A stretch of DNA of 17,300 nt, taken from contig NW_021824896.1 of assembly GCF_006345805.1 (NCBI RefSeq), positions 1-17,300 on the forward strand, read 5' to 3'. A program made the translations under genes and the position numbers. Positions 1 to 9,951 of this stretch are shown piece by piece; position 1 is the first letter of the stretch, and every line of letters begins with the position of its first letter. This DNA is from Octopus sinensis (lineage: Eukaryota). The notes under the pieces were generated by a model that was not told the origin of the DNA, did not search any database, and worked only from the letters and a program-made list of their open reading frames with translations.

Positions 1-307
1 TATATAGCTGGAAAATAATACTATTGTATTGCAAAAATATCTATAAATTTTTATATGAAACTTTTTCATTCATCTTGGTTCTATTACGGCTAGTCGTTCA
101 ACCGAATATACTAGCATTGATGTAACGAATATTTAAAATTTCGTCTAGGTGAACCTAACTGATGAAAACTAATAGAATTTACGATAACAGGCGTATTAGG
201 AAAGTCTGAAACTCGAGTACTAGATTATCTACTCTAGGTTGTCCATCTATCCGGTGTTATTCCTTTCCTAGAGTAAAACATTTTTTTTTTAATTCGTTAC
301 CGCTATT

Positions 308-366
308 TTCTTTCTCTCTCTCTCTCTCTCTTCTCCCTCTCTCCTCGTCTATCTCGTCTCTCTCTT

Positions 367-452
<86 letters not shown>
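308..452. repeat. (CT)n microsatellite
   Basis: Near-perfect CT dinucleotide run; explains the RE-repeat ORF 303..662. Confidence 0.97.
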
Positions 453-453
<1 letters not shown>

Positions 454-1133
454 ACAGTGAAAACGAAAATTACTGTGTACATTGCTTGCGTCCTCAGCAG
501 CCAGGTATACGGCAGCGAGACCTGGACCGCGTGCGTCCGCCAGGAGAAATGGCTCAACACCTTCCACCTCAGAAGCCTCCGACGCATACTCGGCATCTCC
601 TGGCAAGAAAAAGTAACCAATACTGATGTTCTGTCTCGTGCTGGCCTCCCCACCATGCTCACCTTGCTACGACAACGTCGGCTGCGCTAGCTTGGCCATG
701 TTCGCTGTATGGAGGATGGTCGGATCCCAAAGGATGTCCTCTTCGGAGAGCTTGTCGCGGGGCGGAGAAATATTGGCCGCCAGAAGCTGAGGTACAGGGA
801 CATGTGCAGGAGGGATATGAAGGCACTTCGCATCAACACCAATTCCTGGGAGGATCTCGCAGCCGACCGAACCAGCTGGAGAGGCACTCTTCACAAACAA
901 CTGCAGACTACGAAGAGAATTTGAGGGTGGCGGCAGCTGAAAACCGAGCCCACAGAAAAGAAATGACAGCCAACAGACCGGATTCAACGTATAGGTGTGA
1001 CCTCTGCAAACGAGACTGCCACTCTCGCATCGGTCTCTACAGCCATACGAGGCGTTGCAAAAAACTGAATAGATAACTCGACAGACTGATGACAACATAC
1101 ATGGTCAAACATGACCGACGGAGGCCCTAAGAA
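453..1133 (+). mobile_element. 5'-truncated, decayed RTE-clade LINE: RT C-terminus, C2H2-like finger and short 3' UTR
   Basis: Translation (L)TVKTKITVY..YGSETWT..LRRILGISWQEKVTNTDVL..LRQRRLR*LGHVRCMEDGRIPKDVLFGEL..WEDLAADRTSWR is typical of the RTE RT C-terminus. TAG at 688-690 replaces W in RLRWLGHV. A frameshift near 915 leads into CDLCKRDCHSRIGLYSHTRRC and a stop at 1074-1076. The 3' UTR has a hairpin GGTCA-AACA-TGACC at 1103-1116. Confidence 0.92.
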
Positions 1134-1134
1134 G

Positions 1135-1150
1135 ATATATATATATATAT

Positions 1151-1196
<46 letters not shown>

Positions 1197-1201
1197 ATAT
1201 A
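1135..1201. repeat. (TA)n microsatellite between the RTE 3' end and the 3' end of a minus-strand SINE
   Basis: TA run joining two elements tail to tail. Confidence 0.95.
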
Positions 1202-1368
1202 CAACGGGTTTCTTCTTATTTCCGTCTACCAAATCCATCCCTCAAAGACTTTGATCGGCCAGAAGTTACAGTAGAAAACATTTGCTAAAGTTGCCATGCA
1301 GTTGGACTAAACCCGGAACCATGAGGTTTGAAAGCAAGCTTCTTATCACACAACGCGCGCCTACGCCT
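1202..1368 (-). mobile_element. tRNA-derived SINE, diverged
   Basis: Minus strand reads AGGCGTAGGCG..TGTGTGATAAGAAGCTTGC..GGTTCCGGGTTTAGTCC (degenerate A and B boxes), then a body ending GGTAGACGGAAATAAGAAGAAACCCGTTG and a TA tail. It resembles an octopus SINE I recall; family name not assigned. Confidence 0.75.
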
Positions 1369-1600
1369 ATGTTACGCTGCTTAATCTATATAAAAGCCAT
1401 TCTGTGTTAGCTCTGTATTTGCCTTTCCGTAGCATTGTAAATCATATGTTTTCAAGGCAATACTCTAGCGGAATGGTTAGAACATGAGATAAGTTGTTTG
1501 CAGTATTGTTGTATTTTCTCTCTGGATTCAAATCTGATGGAGGTCAATGTTATCAATGAGTTCTGAGTTCAAATTCCAATCACATGAGGGTCTATAAACA

Positions 1601-1851
1601 GGTACTCAGTCGGTAACAAAGTTGAAGGTTCCAGTTGATCCGATCAACAAAACAGCCTTCTCGTAGAATGTGCAAGTGACTGAGCATTTCACAGACACGA
1701 CTACCCTTAACGTAGTTCTCGCTGGAGATTCAGAGTGACACAGAATGTGACAAGGTTGGCCCTTTGAAATACAAGCACTTCTAAATTTTGCCAGTTGAGT
1801 GGACTGAAGCAACACGAAATAGAATGGACACAGCGCACTGCTTGGAATCAA
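1601..1851 (-). mobile_element. SINE body and 3' end with the head largely missing
   Basis: Minus strand reads ..GCGCTGTGTCC..GTTGCTTCAGTCCACTCAACTGGCAAAA..GTTGATCGGATCAACTGGAACC..ACCGACTGAGTACC, with a 7-bp inverted repeat at 1634-1648. Recognised from memory as a cephalopod SINE body. Confidence 0.6.
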
Positions 1852-1855
1852 AAAG

Positions 1856-2003
1856 GTTTCCTCACCCTTCCACCGCACCTGAGCCTCGTGGAGTTTAGGT
1901 GGTTTTGCTCAATAAACACTCACAGTGCCCGGTCTGGGAATTGAAACCGCATTCTTGAGACCGCGAGTCCGCTGCCCTAACCACTAGGCCATTGCGCATC
2001 CAC
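1856..2003 (-). mobile_element. tRNA-derived SINE, 5' portion
   Basis: Minus strand has A box TGGCCTAGTGGTT (1979-1991) and B box GGTTTCAATTCCC (1936-1948) at tRNA-like spacing, then a non-tRNA body (GTGAGTGTTTATTGAGCAAAACCACCTAAACTCCACGAGGCTC). Confidence 0.8.
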
Positions 2004-2573
2004 TGTAGTTATTGTTGTTGTTTAGTCCTAAGCTGTCTCTGATCCGATAGATTTTCAGGAAGGCAACAGCGTGCAGTAGAATTACATGACTTTTTGTATA
2101 TCACACGCGCGCGTTCGGGCACGCACACACACAAATTGGATTGAAATCATCTTCTTTAAAGAAAGGAAAGAAAAATGGCTTGTGCTAATTGTTAACGATT
2201 TATAAAGAGAAGATAAATTGAAGAACTTAAAAATTAATTAATAGTAACCATGGAAATAGCAATATTATTTTTTTTAAAGCTATAACTTCGTTGAAAGTGT
2301 ATAAATAACTATGAAATACAATATTTCATATGTAATTCAATTTTTTCTGAAGCGATTGTCTCTTGTATTGTCCACCTAGGAATATACTGATGGTGCTGTC
2401 TAAGAACAGATCATCTTTGGAAATTGCGCTATTGATCACATTGCTTTTTTCTTTTTCCTCTCTTTTCAATGATGTTATATTTTATTTACGAGAGTAAGTC
2501 TACATCAAGAAGTCAGTAATCGTAACTATGAAATAAAATCAGCTAATCTATCTTTAATATTATTTTCTTATAG

Positions 2574-2773
2574 AAGGCGGCAAGCTGGCAGGATCGGACG
2601 CAATACCACCAAGCGTTTCTTCGTCTTTACTTTCTCAGTTCAAATTCCGGCTGTGCTCGACCTTGTTTTTTCTTTCCAGAGGTGGATAAAATAAGCACCA
2701 CTTAAGGACTGGGGTCGAAGTAATTGACTTAGCTCCTCCCATAAACTTGTTCCTAAATTTGTAACCAATATTA
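2574..2773 (+). mobile_element. Old diverged copy of the main SINE family, alternative 3' tail
   Basis: AAGGCGGCAAGCTGGCAG head, AGTTCAAATTCC B box and ACTGGGGTCGA core align with 3210-3428. Tail is CTTGTTCCTAAATTTGTAACCAATATTAC. Confidence 0.8.
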
Positions 2774-2782
2774 CTGCGTTAT

Positions 2783-3001
2783 AAGGCAGCGAGGTGTCAG
2801 GATCGTTAACGCCCGAGGCAAAATACTCAGCAATATTTCTTCCGACTTTATGATGAGTTGAAATGTCACCGGGTCGAATTTGCTTTCCATCTTTTCGGAG
2901 TTGATAAAAATAAGCACCAGCTGAGCACTGAGGTCAATGTGATGAACTTGCTCTTTCTCCTGAATTGGCTGGTCTTGTGCCTAAATTTGAAATCGATATT
3001 A
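2783..3001 (+). mobile_element. Old diverged copy of the main SINE family, alternative 3' tail
   Basis: AAGGCAGCGAGGTGTCAGGATCGTTAAC head and GCTTTCCATCTTTTCGGAGTTGATAAAAATAAGCACCAG core. Tail is 26/30 identical to 2746-2775. Confidence 0.78.
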
Positions 3002-3209
3002 CTCTGTTACCGTGTTATGTTTGTAAGACTGGGACGAGTCTCATCACGCTACACTACAGATTTATTTTTATTTTCAGAGGAAATAGATATGCCTAGGTTT
3101 AAAGCCTCTCTCTTGGTAAATGATGCGTTGTGGGTGTCCAACAGAGTTTCAGATGCTAAAAGATATTCCCTCTTCGTGTATCACAGTGTAATTATATGTA
3201 TGTGCTTGT

Positions 3210-3428
3210 AAGGCGGCGAGCTGGCAGAAATATTAGCGCGCCGGGTGAAATGCTTAGAGGTATTTCGTCTACCGTTACGTTCTGAGTTCAAATTCCGCCG
3301 AGGTCGACTTTGCCTTTCATCCTTTCGGGGTCGATAAATTAAGTACTGGGGTCGATGTAATCGACTTAATCCGCTTGTCTGTCCTTGTTTGTCCCCTCTG
3401 TGTTTAGCCCCTTGTGGGTAGTAAAGAA
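3210..3428 (+). mobile_element. Full-length young tRNA-derived SINE (main family) with 14-bp TSD
   Basis: A-box-like TGGCAGAAATATT and B box GAGTTCAAATTCC. Flanked by the exact direct repeat ATGTATGTGCTTGT at 3196-3209 and 3429-3442. Lacks 11 bp (CAGTTACGCAC) present in the other copies. Confidence 0.93.
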
Positions 3429-4368
3429 ATGTATGTGCTTGTGCATGCATGTTTGTGTGCTACATTTAATTTGATAAATACATTTATGAGTCACTTGTTA
3501 TTTAGACAATGTAAATGTTGTATCAATATTAGAATGTATCTTTGATTATGTTCTATTGTTTATCAGTCAATTGTCTTACGAATAATGTAGTTGCTGTATG
3601 TAGAACAAATTACGTCTTCAATGGCCTTTCTTAGTTAAAATGTTTCAAATACAGACTGACACAGAATATTATACGTTTTCCTCAAAATACATTACTTATA
3701 TCAAGATGATTTGATTTTTGTTATAAAACACAGCATCATCTAAAAGTATGTTTCAGTGTTATTAGAACTCATTAGCATAGTTTTCAATTATTCAATTACC
3801 AGCTTAATTTTCGATGATTACAAAATAATGGTAAACTAAGAAAAATTACTGAATTATACTAATGACTTGAACTTAAATATTTCATGGAGATGAAATATTT
3901 AACACGTCGTAAATTAACTATACTCGGCGAATTGAATTTGTCTCACAGTGGCAGAAAGACAATCCTAGCGATAAATGTTATTTAACTCTCAAAGAAGAAG
4001 GGAGATAATTTCTAGAAATTAAAAAATTCTTTCAAAAAAATTAAATTATTATGCATTCGGAAATAATTAATTTTTGCTGGCAGTCAAAGATCAGAATTAT
4101 GAGCATGTTTATTAGATCTTAACAACAGAGAATAATCTACTGACCTCGGCTTTGGTCAGTTGATTCAAGTTGGTAACGATTAGATAAAGAGTGGCGGTGA
4201 TTTGTCAAATTTCCAAAAAGTTTAGTACGAAGGGAAATTACTCAAGTGAGCCAAAAACATTTCGGTAATTCAAATAGATGTACTGTGATGTACTGACTGA
4301 CGTAAGAACATCTTAATGGTTTCATGCTTACCCCTTAATAGGAGAAATAAAATAAAAGCTTAAGGGTA

Positions 4369-4602
4369 AATACCTATTTCTTTACTACTCACAAGGGGCT
4401 AAACAAAGAGAGGACAAACAAGGACAGACAAACGGATTAAGTCGATTATACCGACCCCAGTGCGTAACTGGTACTTATTTAATCGACCCCGAAAGGATGA
4501 AAGGCAAAGTCGACCTCGGCGGAATTTGAACTCAGAACGTAACGGCAGACGAAATACGGCTACGCATTTTGCCCGGCGTGCTAACGGTTCTGCCAGCTCG
4601 CC
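4369..4602 (-). mobile_element. Near-full-length SINE (main family)
   Basis: Reverse-complement match to 3210-3428 from the head (GGCGAGCTGGCAGAACCGTTAGCACGCCGGGC) to the tail (..GTAGTAAAGAAATAGGTATTT). No TSD found. Confidence 0.93.
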
Positions 4603-4961
4603 ATATCCCTGACTTTAAGCAAAACGAGTAATAATTTCAAGATATTAAAATGTTTGGTCACTATAATTTGAATAATTGTAAGATATTGGATAAATAAACA
4701 GTATTGCAAATCAGCCAGTGGAATTATTATAAAATAAGTTATAAAATGCAGCGGTTATTACACACAAAATATTTTTATGTTGGTTATTCTATGACAGCGT
4801 TTCGAGCGTTGCATTCACTGGCAATATTCAGGTGTCTATCGTTTTCGCTAATGTTTTCGGAATTTTGAACAAGACTATCTGTTACCAATTCTTATCATAA
4901 TTGTGGTGCCTCTGACTTATTCGCTTTAATAAGTTTTAATAAGTGAGTGTTTGTGGAAATG

Positions 4962-5027
4962 TATAGATAGTTAGTTTGTTAGATGGTTAGTTAGTTAGTT
5001 AGTTAGTTAGGTAGTTAGATAGATAGA
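4962..5027. repeat. (TTAG)n/(GATA)n compound microsatellite, left flank of the LINE
   Basis: TTAG units changing to GATA units; includes the left TSD copy at 5013-5027. Confidence 0.9.
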
Positions 5028-5434
5028 CATGTTTCTTTATCAGCCACACAGGGCTGCACACAGACAGGACAAAATTACAAGGTAGAGCTTTTCTTTTGGG
5101 GGTAAAAGAAGGTTTGGCTTTCGATCAAAAGGGATCGTAAATGGAAAGAAAGAGGACAAAAAAGGGGGGATAAAATGAAATTAAAAAGAAAAAAAGAGGG
5201 GAGGTGAGGAAAAAAGGGGAGGTGAGGAAAAGAAAGGGAAAGGAAAAAAATTGATCAATAGGGATCGTTATCACAGAAATGTCAATATGAAGTGTAAAGG
5301 GGAGGACAGGTGAGGTTTACCCGTGGAAAGAAAAGCCTACGAAAAAGACCACGGTAACCTCGGTCAATGAAGTCACATGTTATATTTCTTTTTTTTTTTG
5401 CAAATAAGCAACTCTCTGTATTAAATTTTATGGT

Positions 5435-7895
5435 TCATAGAATCATAGTCAAAGTGGCTTCGTCATTCATACGTGCCATCTTTGCTACATTCACCCATCT
5501 TTTTTAAAACATTCACTAGACAAAACTTGCCTCTCTACTCTCACTTTTTTCTTCAAGTGATACTTGAAGAAGTTGATGAGAGATTGACCAGAGAGGAAAG
5601 TGTTTGTCTCTAATCCTTTCAGGCGCGTCCACCAGATACATTCTTTCGCCATAGCCACAAGTATGATAAAAATACCTCTTCCTTCCCGTTTGAAGGAAGG
5701 AGGCGTGACGATATTAACGATAGCCTCGGCTGATAAACCGACACGTCCCACACGTGACAGCAGTCGTTCGACATAAGCCCACAGATCGGAGATTGTTGGA
5801 AACTGCACGATTGCGTGCAGAGCGGTTTCGTCGCTCTGCCCGCATCTCGGGCAGGTCGGCCCCGTGTTTCTCGAGCCATGCCTATAGAGCTTATCCCGAA
5901 CGGGTAGCGCTTCTCGATAGCACCGCCAGGCCAGGGATCTCTGGAAGTTCTCTATAGGTCCCGGCCCGAAAGTCGTTTCAAACAGGCGGGTCAGGTATTC
6001 CTCGTCGACGCCCAGGTGTGCCCCAAGATCGTCGTCGTACCTCCCCTCCACTAATCCCCTATAGAATGCTTTGGTTGTGTTGAAGTCACTCAAGGTCGAC
6101 CCGGGACGGCAGAGTTGCTTGAGAGCAACGCGACACTCACGGTGCCATTCGCCCTTCGTCGACCTCTTTTTGATCCACGACTGCAGTTCGGTCATGGAGA
6201 CGAGCTGCGGGAACGCGTGTCTCACAAACGGCGACCACACCTGTTCACCGTCGTCTACATAGAGCCGGAGATGTCGCAGTCTCAGCGCGTGTCTGCGCAT
6301 CATCAACCATGGCATACCCAGCCCTCCTTTTAACGGGTGTTGACAGCAAATGGATCACCTGACCATCGGGACGCATCCTTTCCACAAGAAGCGGAAGAGA
6401 ATGCGTTCTAGTTTGGTGATGGTAGGGTCGGGACAAGGTACGACGGTCAGGCGGTAGTAGATGATGGACGCGATGTACGTGTTCGCCACATCCGCCCGAC
6501 CTTTTGGGGACAGTTTCCTCTCGGCCCATTGCTGGGCGAGAGTGACCACCCTACTCGTTATCTCGTTTCAGTTCTTCTCCATTTGGAGGTCCGGACCGAA
6601 CCAGACCCCGAGCAAATCAACCGGGCCGTACGTTCAGCGTCCCACGACGGAGGTACTAGTGGACGGCATGGGCTTGCTTCTCCAGGTGCCGAGCCGCAAG
6701 CCCACTGACTTTTCCCGGTTGATTTTTGCTCCTGTCACCGCTTCGTAGTCTTTCAGTGTCTCGCCGACCAGCTCGATGTGCTGGAGGCTTGACACTATGA
6801 CGGTGACGTGGTCCGCGTATGCAGACACGCTCGTACCGCATCCCAATTCTCGCGGGATGCCCCTCAGAGTCGCCAGCTTCCGCAGTAGTGGCTCAAGAGT
6901 CAATACGTATAGAAGCGCCGTGAGGGGGCATCCCTGACGGACCGAAAGTTCAATGTCGAAAGGTCTCGATAGATGTCCATTTACGCGAATTACCGAACGG
7001 ATGCCTCTGTACAAGGCAGCTATCCAGCCGCGGAAGACGGGACCGAAACCAGCCGCTCTCAGGACTGCCTCCAAGTATCGATGGTCTACCCTATCGAAGG
7101 CTTTCGATTGATCCAAGTTGATCAGGGCCCCACCCATGCCAGGTTCCTTAACTACTCTGTCTATGATGTAGCGCATCAGATGGAGGTTGTCATGGATGCT
7201 CCGGCCCGGCACAGCGCACGTTCTCGATGACAAGCGCCAACCTCTTGGCTAACACCTTTGTCAAAATTTTCAGGTCTGCATTGAGCAGAGTGATTGGTGT
7301 AAAGTTATCTATAATTTTCCCCTTGTTTGGATCTTTCTTCAGGAGAGTTACGGCTCCTCGACTCACAGAACCGTGTATGCTCCCGTTTTGCTGCCAGTTG
7401 CAGTATACCGCTGCCAAGACGTCTCCAAACAAGTTTGGCATACAATTGTAAAACTCGTAGGGCAGACCATCCAAACCCGGCGATTTGTCTCTCGAGCATT
7501 CTGCCATCGCGTCCCGCACATCCGCGCCGTGATGGCACCTTCGCAGCACTCTGCCTCTCTTGCCGAGAGTCGTGGTAGGCTGTGCAGTTAGGCAGTGAAG
7601 TCCACCATGCGTTCACGCTCACCACTCGTCCCGTACAGTCGGGCAAAGTGCCGCTGAAATGTCTCGCAAATATTGCTGGGCTCGAGCAATTCGTGCCCTT
7701 GTTCATCTACCAGAGACCGAATGGTGGCTTTGTTGCCCTGCTGCGCCTCCGCCACCCGGGCCTCCCTCGCGGCTCCAACACCTTCCATCCTTAGAGCACG
7801 CATCCTAGCTCTGACAGCACACTCTTCATGTTTGGCGTTAAAGTGTTGGTCAAGGGCCAACCTCGCCGCTAAAACGTCGGATGTGATGCCATGCA
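5435..7895 (-). pseudogene. ORF2 remnant: linker, reverse transcriptase and C-terminal zf-RVT-like domain
   Basis: Motifs KSPGLDGLPYEFY, VTLLKK..NFTPITLLNADLKILTKVLAKRL, PGRSIHDN, LDQSKAFDRVDH, VRQGCPL, YADH (for YADD), KINREKS, LLGVWF, GGLGMP and CPRCGQSDETALHAIVQF (last Cys apparently lost). Disablements: stop at 7588, two compensating frameshifts near 7540 and 7225, in-frame TGAs at 6634, 6568 and 6355, and a probable 1-bp deletion near 5500. Restoring that base gives KKRWVNVAKMARMNDEATLTMIL* ending at 5435. Confidence 0.93.
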
Positions 7896-7899
7896 GAAA

Positions 7900-8605
7900 T
7901 GCATGAAAAACAACAAAGAACGGACCAACCCAACCAAACAACATTACCACCTGCGCCAAGAACAGAATCATCACCACCAACGACAACTAAACCAATTCCA
8001 ACACCGAGAACAACAACGAAGAAGACAAGCTCCAAGGATGTAGGAGAGACAATAACCACAACAAACCCCCCAGCACCACCCCCCGCACACCACAACAATA
8101 TCCACAACCGCACAAACAGACCCAGATGCTTTACCCTTGCCCCCTGCTGATTCGTCAGACTTTTCATCTAACGATGAAAGTTCGACAGAATGGCAAATAG
8201 CCACCGGGGATAAAAGAAAAAGATAAAAAGAAAACAAACAAGAAAACGCAACCAAAGCAGGGAGATAACTGAACCCTGAAAGCTCCCTCACAACCAAACA
8301 AGTACCAACACCACAAAACACACACAATGCTATCAGCGATAGACACCAAAGACTCCAAACTAATGGAGTACATCACAGCCCACAAAACATCTGTGAAGAT
8401 GACTTCAAAACTAACAACATCCACGCACTACACCACCCAAACACATCAAAATACTACACATCACACAGACAGAACACCACACACTCAAAGCCCTCTTTCC
8501 AAATGCGGTTGGGGGGTTCCAAAAATACCTTTCACAAAAACTCATAAAAAACCTCCTCCAAGGACACATCAAGAACGAGAAAGCCAAAACTTTCGACACA
8601 AGTAA
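7900..8605 (+). pseudogene. Probable ORF1 C-terminal low-complexity region of the same LINE, in the inverted segment
   Basis: A/C-rich sequence with broken frames encoding Thr/Pro/Lys-rich disordered peptides (..SSDFSSNDESSTEWQIATGDKRKR..), directly upstream of the ORF2 start. No diagnostic domain seen, so the call rests on position. Confidence 0.6.
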
Positions 8606-8659
8606 GTAACTCTCTGTACTTTCCTTTCTGTGTTTTAAAGCACACACCCCAATAGAATC

Positions 8660-9051
8660 ATGGTCAAGATGGTTGTGTGAATGCGCGTGGCTTGGGGTCT
8701 CCTTGGAAACAAGGATACCTCCTAAATGACATCAAGTCACACGATTTGGGAATCATAGCCATAAGTGAGACCAGACTCCACGAGCCACGGGCCCTAGAGT
8801 CCATGTTTGGCGGACAGTTTAACATTTATTTTGCTCCCTGTCTGCCGAGGATGGGTGGTAGTGGCACCGTGGTACTTTTTCACAAGAGCCTGGATCTCGA
8901 AGTCAAGACGATATTCATGCGCTTTTCGACTCGTATCAGTCTACGCACCGCCTTTAACAGGTCGGCCGGATTTCTTTCGACGTCTAGAAGTATTCCTGGG
9001 AACGTCTCGTCTTTTACTTTTAGTGGGGGATCGGATGCTACTTGGACATGC
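8660..9051 (+). pseudogene. ORF2 N-terminal APE-type endonuclease fragment, in the inverted segment
   Basis: ATG at 8660. MVK(I)GCVNARGL needs a 1-bp correction. Then IIAISETRL, GGSGTVVLF, a deletion/frameshift near 8917, AFRLVSVYAP and LLLVGD. These are the N-terminal motifs of LINE APE domains (NxxG, E-T, VYAP, GD[F/W]N). Confidence 0.9.
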
Positions 9052-9054
9052 AGT

Positions 9055-9343
<289 letters not shown>

Positions 9344-9393
9344 AAGTTTTAAAAAGTGGATGTTTGTGCAGATGAATAGATAATTAGTTTGTT

Positions 9394-9419
9394 AGATAGA
9401 TAGATAGATAGATACAAAA

Positions 9420-9512
<93 letters not shown>
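9394..9512. repeat. (GATA)n microsatellite
   Basis: Direct reading. Confidence 0.97.
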
Positions 9513-9951
9513 GTCATTGATCCAGAGTTTTAACTGCCGTTCTCTAGGTAAACTGCCAACGCCGAATACTTAATTAAAGCTACAATCTGCTGCGATAATG
9601 TTCCGAAACACAATTAAATGACGGAAATTATAAGCTTTAAGCTTAACTATTCTATAGAATTAACAATATCTGTTTTTTAATTAAATGATCCCATATGTTT
9701 TTTCATATGTATGCTAAGCCTAAGAGGGAAATTAGCAGAAGCTGTATATAGTTAGTTCGTTGAAGTGTCATATCTTCCCTCGTTATTCTTTGTTACTTTG
9801 ACTTTGTTCCGCATACTATGGTGGTTTACCTCTAATAACTTTTCTCTCTAATGACTTCTGATTTCCTGCTGAGTACGTTCCATGTTATAAGAGACGGTTG
9901 GTCTCACCTTTATATGTTTTGGCACAGGTACATAAGGTGGAATAACATACC

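Larger units (their letters stand above)
5028..9051 (-). mobile_element. Tx1/L1-clade non-LTR retrotransposon, 5'-truncated with an inverted 5' segment, decayed
   Basis: RT and Zn-finger on the minus strand (5435-~7895); ORF1 end and APE endonuclease start on the plus strand (~7900-9051); 3' UTR at 5028-5434. AGTTAGATAGATAGA occurs at 5013-5027 and 9052-9066. Confidence 0.88.

Noticed and set aside
303-662. 119-aa minus-strand ORF with RE repeats
   Set aside because: Antisense of the RTE fragment plus the (CT)n run.
1085-1091. Second CTGATGA hammerhead box
   Set aside because: No correctly placed GAAA or stems downstream.
1465-1577. Very decayed head of the main SINE family, with an exact GTTCTGAGTTCAAATTCC at 1560-1577
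   Set aside because: Probably real, but too fragmentary to bound.
1925-2003. Possible tRNA gene
   Set aside because: A and B boxes are present, but the acceptor and anticodon stems are poor and it runs into a repeat body, so it is a SINE head.
4327-4369. Imperfect inverted repeat TTACCCCTTAA/TTAAGGGTAA beside a SINE tail
   Set aside because: Short and AT-rich; compatible with chance.
5199-5270. Short duplications in the LINE 3' UTR (GGAGGTGAGGAAAA twice; GATCAAWAGGGATCGT twice, the other copy near 5123)
   Set aside because: Ordinary slippage in a purine-rich UTR; no function inferable.
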